From the NCBI GenBank assembly GCA_003483065.1, contig DMWY01000007.1, forward strand, positions 76,962 to 140,961: a DNA stretch of 64,000 bases. Direction: 5' to 3'. The stretch is from Candidatus Moraniibacteriota bacterium. Lineage in GTDB: Bacteria > Patescibacteriota > Minisyncoccia > Moranbacterales > UBA2206. The position numbers were made by a program, and so were the translations under genes. Below, one piece after another: positions 32,651-43,302 of the stretch (its first letter is position 1; the number at the start of each line of letters is the position of its first letter). The notes under the pieces were generated by a model. The model saw only the letters and a program-made list of their open reading frames with translations. It ran no database searches and was not told the origin of the DNA.

Positions 32651-34993
32651 ATGGCGAAAAAGAAAGTCGACAAAAAAATTTCGAGTTTAGAAGCCTCTTT
32701 TGAGGATGTTTTAGTTTGCCAAAAAACCAGCGCCAAAACACTCTTGGAAATTTTCGTAGAAAGACCAGAAAATATCACGCAAGAAAATTTGGGCATCCTG
32801 GCTGGAATTTTAGAGATAAATGAAGAGTCTAGCGATTCATCTTACGTTGTAAATTATCTAATTTCTGTCATCAAAAAAGAATATTATTCCAAAGCTAAGC
32901 GCGGGGCAATTGAAAGTTTTGAAGCCGCGCTCAATAAAGCTAACTTAGCGCTGGCCAAGTTAGCCGAACATGGCAATGTCAACTGGCTAGGAAAAATAAA
33001 TGCTATTCTCTTGGTTATCGAAAAAAACAATATCCATCTTTCTCAGGCTGGAAGCGCCAAAGCTTTGCTACTTCGCGGAAAATCCCTGACTGACATTAGT
33101 GAAGGTGCGATTATTCCAGAAAATCCAAGCCCATTTAAAACTTTCATCGATGTCCTAAGCGGAAGATTAGAAAAAGATGATGCACTCATCGTGACTACTG
33201 ATGCAATTTTTGAAATTTTTTCTTTTGAGGAGATAAAAAGAAGCGCCTTGAAATTTTCTCCAGAAGAATTTATGCGATTTTTGCGAACAGCTCTCGGAAA
33301 TGAATTGGAAAAAGCTGCCGTGCTTGTGGCAAGAATGGAAGAAAAAAAATCCCCCGCAGAGATCTCAATGGAAACTGCTGAAAAAAATGACTTCAACGCT
33401 TTTAGTCAAACAGCTTTTTCTAAAGCCCCTTCAAAAAAACCAAAAAAAGAAATCTCCGAAAACGAAGAGAAGAAATCTCTAGCTGACGAAATCAAGGAGG
33501 ATCTCAAAAAAGAATCGGATGAATTTATCGACAAAAAAACTGGACATATCTACATTAAGGAAAATTTTTCTTTTCAGGAAAAAAATCCTTTTCTAGAAAA
33601 TATTTCAGAAATTATCGAGATGAAAATATCTGAATTTTTTAGCTTTTGTTCCAAGAAAATAGCCACTTTAGGCCGAAAAATAGCTTCGATTAAATTACCA
33701 TCAAAAAAAGCTACCTCATCAGAAGATGCTTTAAATTCTCTGCGAGAGGAAGAAAATATTCCGGAAGAAACTGGCAATATTTCTCCAACGCCAATTTCTA
33801 CTCCAGTAACACCGGAGAAACCAAGAAAACCAATTATTAAAATTGACAAAGAAAAGATATTCCTTTTGACCAAAGAATTTTTTGCCACTCTCAAGGAAAT
33901 TTCTTTGGATATTTTTTCCTTTCTTGTTTTTACCGGTCAAAAAACAATCGCGGGAGTGAAAAAGTTTATCCCCCAAAAACAAACCGCTTCTGCTGCAAGA
34001 AAAACAGTTCCTGCTCAGCAAAATACTTTTTTGAAAATTTTCATCCCGCGGTTTGGAAATATAAAAAAATTGTTTTTAAAATTAGATTATTCACAAAAAC
34101 TCTATGCTGGGCTGGCAATTTTATTGCTTCTAATCATCCCCTATTTCATAGCTAAAATTCAAAATAAAGAAAATGTTGACGATTCAGCTTCTCAAGAAAC
34201 GGCGCCTAGCGCTCCCTTAGCGCTTGAACAAGACAAGAATGTTTCACGCATTGAAAAATTGCAAATAGTTTTTTCCAAAAACAATCTTTTCAAAATTATA
34301 AACTTAAACGGAAAAATGTTTTTTGTCTATGAAAACAGCCTGACTAGCGCCGAGGATAATCAAAATTATCCATTCCCAGCTGAATTTGCTCCACTCAAAA
34401 TTGTCTCCAATATGGATGATTTGAATTTGATTTTTCTAATGAGTCAAAACAACAGAATAATTTCCTGGAGTCCAATTTCCAAAAAATTTCAAGATAACGC
34501 CATAGAAATTCCCGCCGGATCAGATATTGCACTGGCCAAAACATATCTCACCTATCTCTATCTTCTCGACAAAAATTCCAACCAAATTTATCGCTATCCG
34601 CGAGCCAATGAGGGCTTTGGTGAAAAAACAAACTGGCTAAAAGACACTATCGACCTAAACAAAATTTCTGACATAGCCATTGGAGAAAATCTATATCTTG
34701 CTCAAGATGGAAATATTTTGAAATTATTCCAAGGCAAAAAACAAATTTTCTCCATCGAAGAAACCGCCACGCCAATTTATGTCGACAAACTCTACACCAA
34801 AAGAGACAGCTCGAACTTCTATGCTCTCGACAAAAAAAATTCCCGCATTGTTAAATTTGATTTAGACGGAAAAATTGTTTCCCAGTTTTATAACGCAGAA
34901 ATTTCACAAGCCCAAGATTTCGAAATCAACGAAGAATCTAGTTTAGTATATTTTTCCAACGGCAATGAAGTAAAAAGCTTTGAGATGAAATAA
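32651..34993 (+). CDS. Membrane protein with PP2C-like N-terminal domain and C-terminal beta-propeller
   Basis: AN..L, G...ALLLRG, D.LIVTTD (PP2C-like); central TM; YLLD..NQIYRY and YALD..NSRIVKFD repeats. Confidence 0.7.
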   Translation: MAKKKVDKKISSLEASFEDVLVCQKTSAKTLLEIFVERPENITQENLGILAGILEINEESSDSSYVVNYLISVIKKEYYSKAKRGAIESFEAALNKANLALAKLAEHGNVNWLGKINAILLVIEKNNIHLSQAGSAKALLLRGKSLTDISEGAIIPENPSPFKTFIDVLSGRLEKDDALIVTTDAIFEIFSFEEIKRSALKFSPEEFMRFLRTALGNELEKAAVLVARMEEKKSPAEISMETAEKNDFNAFSQTAFSKAPSKKPKKEISENEEKKSLADEIKEDLKKESDEFIDKKTGHIYIKENFSFQEKNPFLENISEIIEMKISEFFSFCSKKIATLGRKIASIKLPSKKATSSEDALNSLREEENIPEETGNISPTPISTPVTPEKPRKPIIKIDKEKIFLLTKEFFATLKEISLDIFSFLVFTGQKTIAGVKKFIPQKQTASAARKTVPAQQNTFLKIFIPRFGNIKKLFLKLDYSQKLYAGLAILLLLIIPYFIAKIQNKENVDDSASQETAPSAPLALEQDKNVSRIEKLQIVFSKNNLFKIINLNGKMFFVYENSLTSAEDNQNYPFPAEFAPLKIVSNMDDLNLIFLMSQNNRIISWSPISKKFQDNAIEIPAGSDIALAKTYLTYLYLLDKNSNQIYRYPRANEGFGEKTNWLKDTIDLNKISDIAIGENLYLAQDGNILKLFQGKKQIFSIEETATPIYVDKLYTKRDSSNFYALDKKNSRIVKFDLDGKIVSQFYNAEISQAQDFEINEESSLVYFSNGNEVKSFEMK

Positions 34994-35020
34994 ATATTAT
35001 CACTACTTTTATACAAAATT

Positions 35021-35056
35021 AAAGCGGACCACCATTACGTAACAGTCCGCTTTTTT
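35021..35056. terminator. Terminator between convergent genes
   Basis: aaagcggac/gtccgcttt stem with T-tract. Confidence 0.65.
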
Positions 35057-35064
35057 ATTTTGTC

Positions 35065-35292
35065 TTATTGTAGATATTGATTGAGTTCCAAAAGATTATT
35101 TCCAAATTCGGCAAAATGGTCTTTAAACAGAATGATTCGGTTGATCACTTTTTGACCATCTTTCCCGAGATATGATTCAGCAATGGTTAGATAATTATTT
35201 CCGTTGGACGCCTTTTTGACATCAAAGAAATAGTTCTTTTTGCCCGCCTTGAGCATTTTGGAGAATACTTTCTCCTTTTCGATTGGTTGCAT
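35065..35292 (-). CDS. PUR-domain (DUF3276-like) nucleic-acid-binding protein
   Basis: FSK..KAGK..YFFDVK....G..YLTI.ES...I.LF......F. Confidence 0.85.
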   Translation of the reverse strand: MQPIEKEKVFSKMLKAGKKNYFFDVKKASNGNNYLTIAESYLGKDGQKVINRIILFKDHFAEFGNNLLELNQYLQ

Positions 35293-35502
35293 TTTTTTGC
35301 CTGCCTGCCTAACTTTCCATTTTTATTATTCAGCCTCAACTAAGAATTTAATTAATCTTAACTAAGACAGTTGAGAATAAATAGGGTGATAAGAAAGTTT
35401 GGCAGGCGTTTTTTAATATTTACTGTGAGATTATTTTCTCACAGTGATATTATAACAGTGTTATGCAATCACTGCAACCCCCTCCCCTGTGGATAACTTT
35501 TT

Positions 35503-37971
35503 TTAGAACTTTATTCTGGTTCTTTCCATAATTTCTCGATTGACCAAGTCCTTATCTCGACCATATTTCAAGCGGGAAAGTTCTTTGAGCGCATTGGCGA
35601 TTTCTTGATCCCCTTTAGTTGGTGGGAAACCTTGAATGTTAAATGGTTTGGTTAGCACGCCATTTATAAGCACCTTAGCAAAACCATTATAATTATCCAC
35701 ATTTACCAAATCATTTTTTGTGAAAATTGGCTCTAGTTGCTTCTCCAAAAATTCAGCGTCTTCCGGGCCAACCCGATAGATGACCATCGAACCAACATTA
35801 CCAAAAACTGCTTTGGAAATTTCTTCTTTGAGTTGTGCGATAAATTGATGCGCGATATTCAAACATAATTTATATTTTCTCGCTTCAGAAAGAATTTGAG
35901 AGATTGAATTAGTGGTGACATTTTGAAATTCATCCATATACAAATAGAAATCAACCCGTTGTTCATCCGGCACATCCACGCGAGAAAGCGCTGACATCAA
36001 AATTTTCCCTACAATCACCATTCCCAAAAGTCTGGCGTTTATTTCTCCAATTTTCCCCTTGGACAAATTGACCAAGAGAATTTTTTTGTTATCCATTATA
36101 TCGCGAAAATTGATGGTGCTTTTTTGTTGAGCGATAATGGGACGCATCATATCATTGGAAATGAAAGTGGTGAGTTTGGATGTGATGTATGGCACCATAT
36201 TCGCCAAGGCCGCTTCTCCCCCAGCTTTTTCAGCTTCCTTAGTCCAAAAATCAACTACGATTGGATTTTGACATTTAGAAATTTTCATCGCCCGAAATTC
36301 TTCGTCTGCCAGAACTTTTGAAATTTCCATCAATGTCGAGCCAGAATCAGGATCATCCATGATGAGCAACATAGCGTTTCGCATATATTGTTCAAACATT
36401 GGTCCTCCCGTAGCTTTCAAATCATAAAGCTGATCAAAGATTCCAATCATTTCGTTGATCACAAAAGTTTTTTGTTCTGGATGAGTAGGATCAAATTCCA
36501 ACATATTCAAACCAAATGGTCTCTCAGTATCAGCAGGATCAAAAATAACCACATCCTCCGCTCTTTCCTTGGGAATACAAGTCAAAATATCTTCGATAGC
36601 TTCCCCATGTGGATCGATAAAACAAAAACCATTTCCAGATCTTGCATCCTGTTTGGCCATTTCTTGCAAAATCGTCGTCTTACCAGTTCCGGTTTGACCA
36701 ATAGTATAAAAATGTCTTCGCCGATCATTGACCGTCAAACGAATTTCTGTTTTCGTTCCTCGATATTCATTGAAACCAATCACGGTTCCCTCTTTGGGAA
36801 TGTCTACTGGCGCTGGCGCAGCGCTTGATTTCAAAAATTTAATTTTTGGAACTTCCGTTGAAGAAGTTGGCAGATGAAAGATGCTAGCAATTTCCTCTAC
36901 ATTCAAAAGCATTGCTTGCTCGGGGATAAAATTGCGAAAGATAAAATCATAGGCAATTTCCTTTTTTTTGCTACGATTTTTGATTTGAAAATGATTCAAA
37001 TCAGCATTTTCATATTGTGAAAAAGCATTTTCCATCTCTCCTAAAATTTGATCTGCTCGCCCTTCGCTCTTGGCTGATGCTACCAAGCGAATATTAACAT
37101 CAAAACCAGCTTTATTGGATTTTCTGTCAATTAATTTAACTAATTCTTGCTCTTCTGGCGTAAGTTGAATATTTTTGTCCAATGGACTATTTGGATCGTT
37201 TTTAGGAGTAAGACCTTCTTGTACAGTTTTTTCAAAAATACCTCTAATGAATTTAAACATAAATCCGGCGTTAGCCTCCTTGAGTCTTTTGCCTTGTTGC
37301 ATTCTATGCGCTAATCTCATTCCCTTAAACCGCCAACCAGCTTCAGCTGGACTCAAGATTAATTGAATAGCCGCCCCCTCCTCGACAGCATCAAGGCGGC
37401 TAAGCGCATTAGCGATGGCATTTAATGGATCAATTTCCAAATTTTCATAAGTTTTTATAGGTAAATAATATTCTCGTTTCAAGCCTAGGATGCTAGCCGA
37501 TGTGAAGCTGCTTGGCAGAAAGATATTGAAATCCTTGGATTTCTCCAAAGATGCATTAGGGAAAAAACTATGTATCTGCTTTTCTAAAGCTTCACGAAAT
37601 TTTTTGGGAACAGCGACAAAAAAAATAATTTCTTCTTCCTTGGCACTGTTAGCAATTTCAAAAGAGATATGTGGCTTGCCATACATAAACTGACGCCAAA
37701 AACCAGCCCGATCTTTCAATGTCGAAAGAGAAGTCAGAAGTTGCTCCATAGCGCCAATTTCTTCTCTCCAATAATCTTGCCTTTTTTCTAGTGTTTCTTT
37801 GGGCTTACCACTTCTAGAAACTCGAATAATTTCCAAATCCAAATTCATTGAAAGATTAATTTGCGCGCGAAAACGAAAGAAACTTTGCGCGACCAAAATA
37901 GCTCCACTTATAATTGAAGTTAGTGCGGAAAGATAAATCAGTGGTATTAAGATTGAACTTAAATTAGACAT
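35503..37971 (-). CDS. VirB4/TraD/HerA-like membrane ATPase
   Basis: DRRRH.Y.IGQTGTGKTT, IDPHG, LYMDEFQN, LSEARKY, AHQ. Confidence 0.9.
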   Translation of the reverse strand: MSNLSSILIPLIYLSALTSIISGAILVAQSFFRFRAQINLSMNLDLEIIRVSRSGKPKETLEKRQDYWREEIGAMEQLLTSLSTLKDRAGFWRQFMYGKPHISFEIANSAKEEEIIFFVAVPKKFREALEKQIHSFFPNASLEKSKDFNIFLPSSFTSASILGLKREYYLPIKTYENLEIDPLNAIANALSRLDAVEEGAAIQLILSPAEAGWRFKGMRLAHRMQQGKRLKEANAGFMFKFIRGIFEKTVQEGLTPKNDPNSPLDKNIQLTPEEQELVKLIDRKSNKAGFDVNIRLVASAKSEGRADQILGEMENAFSQYENADLNHFQIKNRSKKKEIAYDFIFRNFIPEQAMLLNVEEIASIFHLPTSSTEVPKIKFLKSSAAPAPVDIPKEGTVIGFNEYRGTKTEIRLTVNDRRRHFYTIGQTGTGKTTILQEMAKQDARSGNGFCFIDPHGEAIEDILTCIPKERAEDVVIFDPADTERPFGLNMLEFDPTHPEQKTFVINEMIGIFDQLYDLKATGGPMFEQYMRNAMLLIMDDPDSGSTLMEISKVLADEEFRAMKISKCQNPIVVDFWTKEAEKAGGEAALANMVPYITSKLTTFISNDMMRPIIAQQKSTINFRDIMDNKKILLVNLSKGKIGEINARLLGMVIVGKILMSALSRVDVPDEQRVDFYLYMDEFQNVTTNSISQILSEARKYKLCLNIAHQFIAQLKEEISKAVFGNVGSMVIYRVGPEDAEFLEKQLEPIFTKNDLVNVDNYNGFAKVLINGVLTKPFNIQGFPPTKGDQEIANALKELSRLKYGRDKDLVNREIMERTRIKF

Positions 37972-38133
37972 CTTTTATGTTTATTTTTAATAATCAAGAA
38001 ACAAGCCACAAGATACAAATAATATTCAATATCCAAATTCCAATATTTAAAAAGTTTGATTTTTTATTTTTGGAATTTGTGATTTATTTATCTCTCGTTT
38101 CTTGTATCTTGTATCTTGTGTCTTGTATCTTCG

Positions 38134-38583
38134 CTAGATTTCTTTTATCATCCCCTTGGCCACCAAAGCATTGTGCAGTTCTTCTCCTAACATTCTATCA
38201 TGAAATTCGTCTAATATATAATTATCTTCCATGTGGCGTGCCACATTCACGGCGTGCGCGATACTTTTCGCTTGGGCAATTTTGATCAAATTTTCTATTT
38301 TACTTTCTGCATCAATCCCATCATTAACCAAAGCAGCGTCAGTCGCCACATCATTTACGTGAGCATTTTGATTTGTAGCTGGAATTTTAGAAAGAATTTT
38401 CGAATAAGTCGCCTCTTTTTCCACCACACCCTCTTTTCTTTCTATTTTTTCTGGAGTAGGAAATGTTTCCTCATTTTTTTTCGCCAAAACATTTTCCACC
38501 TTTCCCCCGCCAGTAAATTTTTCCTTGAGATTCAAATCCCCTTCTTCAATTGGCTCAAGATTAGATTTTATTCCATCAGTCAT
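38134..38583 (-). CDS. Hypothetical protein co-oriented with the ATPase
   Basis: ORF with C-terminal L..IA..K.I.HAV..A.....Y.LDEFHD pattern. Confidence 0.75.
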   Translation of the reverse strand: MTDGIKSNLEPIEEGDLNLKEKFTGGGKVENVLAKKNEETFPTPEKIERKEGVVEKEATYSKILSKIPATNQNAHVNDVATDAALVNDGIDAESKIENLIKIAQAKSIAHAVNVARHMEDNYILDEFHDRMLGEELHNALVAKGMIKEI

Positions 38584-38718
38584 AGTTTTATATTTTATTT
38601 GTTATAGATTTAGCGCATATCCTCACAATTGAATTATACACCCAAAAACATTTTTTGGATATGTGGATAAGTTATTTTTTTTGTGATATAATTCTAATGA
38701 TAAAAAATAAACAAAAGA

Positions 38719-40278
38719 ATGAAGAAAATAAAAATATATGTCCTTTTAGCGCTTATAATATCCTTTGGATTTTTCCTGCGGATTTATAATATTGAAAATG
38801 CTCCTCCGGGGGTTTATCCTGATGAAGCCGTTAATGGTGAAGATGCTCTGCGAGCCAATGCAACCGGAGATTACCGATGGTTTTACCCTGCCAATCAAGG
38901 ACGTGAAGGTCTTTTTATGAATTTAATCGCTTTTTCTTTCAAATTTTTCGGTGCCAGTATCTTTACGTTGAAATTACCTAACATAATTTTTGGTACTCTC
39001 ACGATACTTGGAATATATCTTCTAGCTAAAGAACTTTTCAAAAGTGAACGAATTGGATTGATTTCCGCCTTTCTCACTGCTGTCTCTTTTTGGGCGATAA
39101 ACTTTTCTCGCATTGCTTTTCGCGCCAATATGTTGCCGACTATTTTGGTTTTTTCTTTCTATTTTTTGTTTCGCGGTCTTCGCACCAAGAAGTGGTGGGA
39201 CTTTGCTATCGGCGGATTTATTTTTGGCATTGGAATACACTCCTACATTGCTTGGCGAGTCGCACCCATTGTTTTAGTTGCCATGCTTCCCTTTTTCATT
39301 CTTGCCAGAAAAAAATTCTTCGAAAATTATTGGAAATCCATTTTAATTTTTTTGTTTTTTTCCATCGCCTCAGCTCTTCCAATGTTTCTAACTTTTTATC
39401 AGCATCCAGAATTTCTAGAATCCCGTAGTTCTTCCATCTCTATTATGTCGCCTGAAGTCAATCAGGGAAAACCCATTCAAACATTCCTGCGTAGTTTTAC
39501 ACTAAGTTTGGTAAAATATAATTTTTGGGGCGATCAAAACTGGCGCCATAACTTCCCACCCTACCCACTACTTGACCCACTGACTGGCCTAGCTTTTCTT
39601 TTGGGATTTATTTTTTCCATTAAAGTTTTTTTTCAAACTTTTTATACCAGAATCCGCAAGAAAAAATATGATTTGAATTTAGAAAAATATGCCTTTCTAC
39701 TACTATGGTTCTTTCTTTTACTCGCTCCTGAATTTATGACTGCCGAAGGTAATCCGCACGCCCTTCGCTCGATTGGCACACTTCCGGTAGTTTTTATTTT
39801 TTGCGCCTTGGGTTTTGAAGCAATCTTTAAAAAAATTAAAAAGAATGATATTTTTTGGAAAAAATTCACTCTTTCGATGTTAATTTCTATTTCTTTAGTA
39901 ATTGGACTTTTTAATTCTCTAAAATATCATATCTTTTGGGCCCAAAAAACAATTGCGGCTGACTCTTTTAATAAAAATATTACTGATATCTCTAATTATA
40001 TTTATACCCTGCCTCAGTCCCAGGAGAAATATATTATCACTTCTTATAACACCCTTATCAAACTTCCTGTTTATATTTTTCACTCTAATGATTCAAATAT
40101 TGGATATTTTTATCCCAACGAATTAGAAAAAATACAACCAAAAAATCCACACAATTCCATTTTTATCTTCATTGAAAAAAATGATGAAGCAATAGCGCAA
40201 ATTCAAAAACAGTATCCCTTTCTAAAATTAGCAGAAAAAAATTATCCGTTGCAAAGTAAGTTTTATATTTTACAATAA
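38719..40278 (+). CDS. GT-C fold (ArnT/PMT-like) glycosyltransferase
   Basis: Multiple TM helices, PPG..DE motif, SR..FR. Confidence 0.88.
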   Translation: MKKIKIYVLLALIISFGFFLRIYNIENAPPGVYPDEAVNGEDALRANATGDYRWFYPANQGREGLFMNLIAFSFKFFGASIFTLKLPNIIFGTLTILGIYLLAKELFKSERIGLISAFLTAVSFWAINFSRIAFRANMLPTILVFSFYFLFRGLRTKKWWDFAIGGFIFGIGIHSYIAWRVAPIVLVAMLPFFILARKKFFENYWKSILIFLFFSIASALPMFLTFYQHPEFLESRSSSISIMSPEVNQGKPIQTFLRSFTLSLVKYNFWGDQNWRHNFPPYPLLDPLTGLAFLLGFIFSIKVFFQTFYTRIRKKKYDLNLEKYAFLLLWFFLLLAPEFMTAEGNPHALRSIGTLPVVFIFCALGFEAIFKKIKKNDIFWKKFTLSMLISISLVIGLFNSLKYHIFWAQKTIAADSFNKNITDISNYIYTLPQSQEKYIITSYNTLIKLPVYIFHSNDSNIGYFYPNELEKIQPKNPHNSIFIFIEKNDEAIAQIQKQYPFLKLAEKNYPLQSKFYILQ

Positions 40279-40433
40279 TTCACCCTGTTAAATAAATTCT
40301 AAACTTTTTATAAAAGTTTAGAATTAAGATTTGAGTATTAACTCATATAAATAGAGGTGGATAAATAGATTTAAAAAATAAAATGGTAAGTTTGCTTCTC
40401 TTTTAGGGACTCAAATCTTATTTAACAGGGTAA

Positions 40434-42311
40434 ATGAACAAATTTGTTGAAAATCATTACAAAAAAATAATTGTCATTATTTTAGGTTTTGTCACAATCG
40501 TTTCAATTTTGAATGCTAAAAATGACAGCTTAATCTATGATGAAGATGCGCATATCCCAGCCAGCTATAGCTATCTCGCCGAACATGATTACCGACTCAA
40601 TCCAGAACATCCACCTCTCATCAAGGATTTATCAGCTATTCCCCTACTTTTTATGGACTTGAATTTTGACACTAATCAGCCCTTTTGGAATGAAAACGCC
40701 AATGATGCTCAATGGGACGCCGGAAAATATTTTCTTTTTAATGCCGGAAATAATCCCAATCGGATAATTTTTTGGTCGCGCTTACCAATCATTCTCATTT
40801 CTCTACTCTTGGGACTTTTTATTTTCAAATGGACAAGGGAGTTAGCCGGATTAGGGGCTGGGCTTTTTGCGCTATTGCTTTATGCATTAGATCCAAATAT
40901 TCTCGGCCATAATCATTTCGTCACCACCGACTTGGGCATCGCCGCTTTCATGACCTTTTCTTTTTACTATTTCTTACGTTTCATAAAAGAACCAACTTGG
41001 AAAAATGTTTTTGTGTCCGGTTTTTTCCTTGCTCTTATGCAACTCGCCAAGTTTTCCGCCGTTATTGCTTTTCCTGTTTTTGGATTAGTTATTATTCTCT
41101 ATCCCTTGATAAAAAACAAAAGTCATCATGAAGCCGGTGAATTTAAATTTAAACTTCAAACTCTCGGTAAATATTTAGGCAAAGGAATTGTGATGTTTCT
41201 TTTTTCTTTGGTTTTAGTGTGGGGAGTCTATTATTTCAACACCTATGCGATGCCGGAAAGCAAACTACCGGAAACCATCAATTATTATTTTAACGCTGAT
41301 GACACCAATATAAAAACTATCTATTCCCGCCAAGTTTTGTTTTATATGAATGCTAATCCAGTACTTCGCCCATTGGCAGAATATTTCTTTGGCATAGCAC
41401 GCGTGTTTCAAAGAGTATCCGGCGGGAACGTCACCTATTTCATGGGAGAAATTAACACCAAAGGCTTTCTCTCCTATTTCCCGATTGTTTTTCTACTCAA
41501 AGAACCGCTAGCAACTTTGTTTTTCATTCTTTTAGCGTTAGGCATTTCTCTTTCTCATACATTGAAAAGCATTTCCAAGAATATATTTTCCACTTTTGCT
41601 TATTATCTACGAACCAATATTGTCGGATTCTCCCTGCTTATTTTTATTATTCTATATTCAATTACCAGTGTTACGGGTAGACTCAATATCGGCTTTCGTC
41701 ATCTTTTCCCCATCCTACCTTTCATCTACATCCTTACTGCTAAAACAATTTCTAACTTCCTAAAAAAATCAGACAGACACAACGCCCTTATTTGGAAAGT
41801 TGTCCTTGGTCTTATGCTTTTGTCATTAACACTAGAAACAGTAGGTGCCTATCCATATTACATGTCATATTTCAATCAAGTAGTGGGTGGACCAAGAAAC
41901 GGCTACCGATATGTCACTGATTCGAATGCTGATTGGGGGCAAGATTTGAAAAGACTCAAGATTTTTGTTGACCGTTATAATTGGTGTCCGGATAAGTCAC
42001 TAGACTCTTTTTGCAAAATTTATGACCCAAGTCTTCCGCCAATGGAAAAAATTCGCGTGGATTATTTTGGCATGGCTAGTCCTGAATTTTATCTTCGAAA
42101 CAATTTTCTGCCTTGGTGGAAAGCCAAAAGACCAATTGAACCTGGTTGGTATGCTGTTTCCACTCTTTTTCTGCAAGAAGGAATTTATAACAAAGAAACG
42201 CCTGACAATGAATCCTATCGTTGGTTAAAAAATATCCAACCCTTTACCCAGGTTGGAACTTCCATACTTATTTATTATATAACACCAGAGCAAGCCCTAA
42301 TTGTTAAATAA
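40434..42311 (+). CDS. GT-C fold (ArnT/PMT-like) glycosyltransferase
   Basis: YDE..H, LNPEHPPL.K, VTTD, DSN.DWGQDL. Confidence 0.88.
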   Translation: MNKFVENHYKKIIVIILGFVTIVSILNAKNDSLIYDEDAHIPASYSYLAEHDYRLNPEHPPLIKDLSAIPLLFMDLNFDTNQPFWNENANDAQWDAGKYFLFNAGNNPNRIIFWSRLPIILISLLLGLFIFKWTRELAGLGAGLFALLLYALDPNILGHNHFVTTDLGIAAFMTFSFYYFLRFIKEPTWKNVFVSGFFLALMQLAKFSAVIAFPVFGLVIILYPLIKNKSHHEAGEFKFKLQTLGKYLGKGIVMFLFSLVLVWGVYYFNTYAMPESKLPETINYYFNADDTNIKTIYSRQVLFYMNANPVLRPLAEYFFGIARVFQRVSGGNVTYFMGEINTKGFLSYFPIVFLLKEPLATLFFILLALGISLSHTLKSISKNIFSTFAYYLRTNIVGFSLLIFIILYSITSVTGRLNIGFRHLFPILPFIYILTAKTISNFLKKSDRHNALIWKVVLGLMLLSLTLETVGAYPYYMSYFNQVVGGPRNGYRYVTDSNADWGQDLKRLKIFVDRYNWCPDKSLDSFCKIYDPSLPPMEKIRVDYFGMASPEFYLRNNFLPWWKAKRPIEPGWYAVSTLFLQEGIYNKETPDNESYRWLKNIQPFTQVGTSILIYYITPEQALIVK

Positions 42312-42316
42312 TTAAT

Positions 42317-43246
42317 TTAATCTTTTTTCTTCTTATCTTTATTCTCAGTTAAGCTAGTCGGTGCGGTAGTTTGTGTTGTCGAATTAGCCGTGACAGCGTC
42401 TTTAGCGATTTGCGAAGGGGTGCCATCGCGAAATTTATAATAAATTTTGTTGTCTATGCGAAGATCGACATATTCCAAATCTTGCCGTTGATTTTTTTCA
42501 ATTTTATTTTCCAAAACAACTTTGAGCATTTCGATTTCTTTTTCTAAGTTTATATTTTCATTGAAATATATTTCCGGGCCCTCCTTGGTTTTCACACGAA
42601 TATCTTTGGAAATCAGACTTACAACCCGAAAATTATTTTCTACTTCCATTTCAAGTCTTGCAGATAACTCCCCCTTTATTCCCTGGACATATTCCATATA
42701 TTTTTTTTCTAAAACTATTTCGCCTAAATTTATTTTCTTTGAACTTTCATCAAGCAAAATAATGAAATCATTTTTATCATTTTCTTCACTTAAAAAATAG
42801 TTGTCATAGGCTTCTCCATTTTCATCCAGCATAAAACAGTTCTCGGTACTACAAAAAACCATCTGGGGTTTTCTTTCGACAATATTCACTACTAATTTCG
42901 AAGGAAATTCTCTTTTTATCCTTATTTCTCTTATTATCCTAAACTCAGCTTGGATATCTTTTTTTATTTTTCCAGTTCTAACTAATAATAAGTTATTTTT
43001 CTTAATAGTATCAAAATATTTTCCAGAAATTTGAGAATTGATTTTATCCAGAATTAAATTATTTTCAACATAATCATTGCTATTAACCTCGATAGAAGTT
43101 ATTTCTAAAAATGGCGAAAAAAACAAAACATAAACCAAAACAGCCGCAAAGGCCATGGAAATTAGAAAAAACAAAAAACGAAGAAAAGAAAATTTCCTGC
43201 GCGAGTTATTAGTTCTATTTATTCGTTGACTTCTTGGGGTTATCAT
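42317..43246 (-). CDS. ftsQ: Cell division protein FtsQ/DivIB
   Basis: TM, SP...I..I.V POTRA domain, FP..L.V.I.ER.P, YVDLR. Confidence 0.88.
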   Translation of the reverse strand: MITPRSQRINRTNNSRRKFSFLRFLFFLISMAFAAVLVYVLFFSPFLEITSIEVNSNDYVENNLILDKINSQISGKYFDTIKKNNLLLVRTGKIKKDIQAEFRIIREIRIKREFPSKLVVNIVERKPQMVFCSTENCFMLDENGEAYDNYFLSEENDKNDFIILLDESSKKINLGEIVLEKKYMEYVQGIKGELSARLEMEVENNFRVVSLISKDIRVKTKEGPEIYFNENINLEKEIEMLKVVLENKIEKNQRQDLEYVDLRIDNKIYYKFRDGTPSQIAKDAVTANSTTQTTAPTSLTENKDKKKKD

Positions 43247-43302
43247 TTTTTATTTACCCTATGGAATATCCCGACTTGTCGGGATAATCTTGTAAAAAAA
43301 AT

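Noticed and set aside
35503-37971. Conjugative element or prophage around the VirB4-like ATPase
   Set aside because: No relaxase, integrase or other T4SS/phage genes nearby
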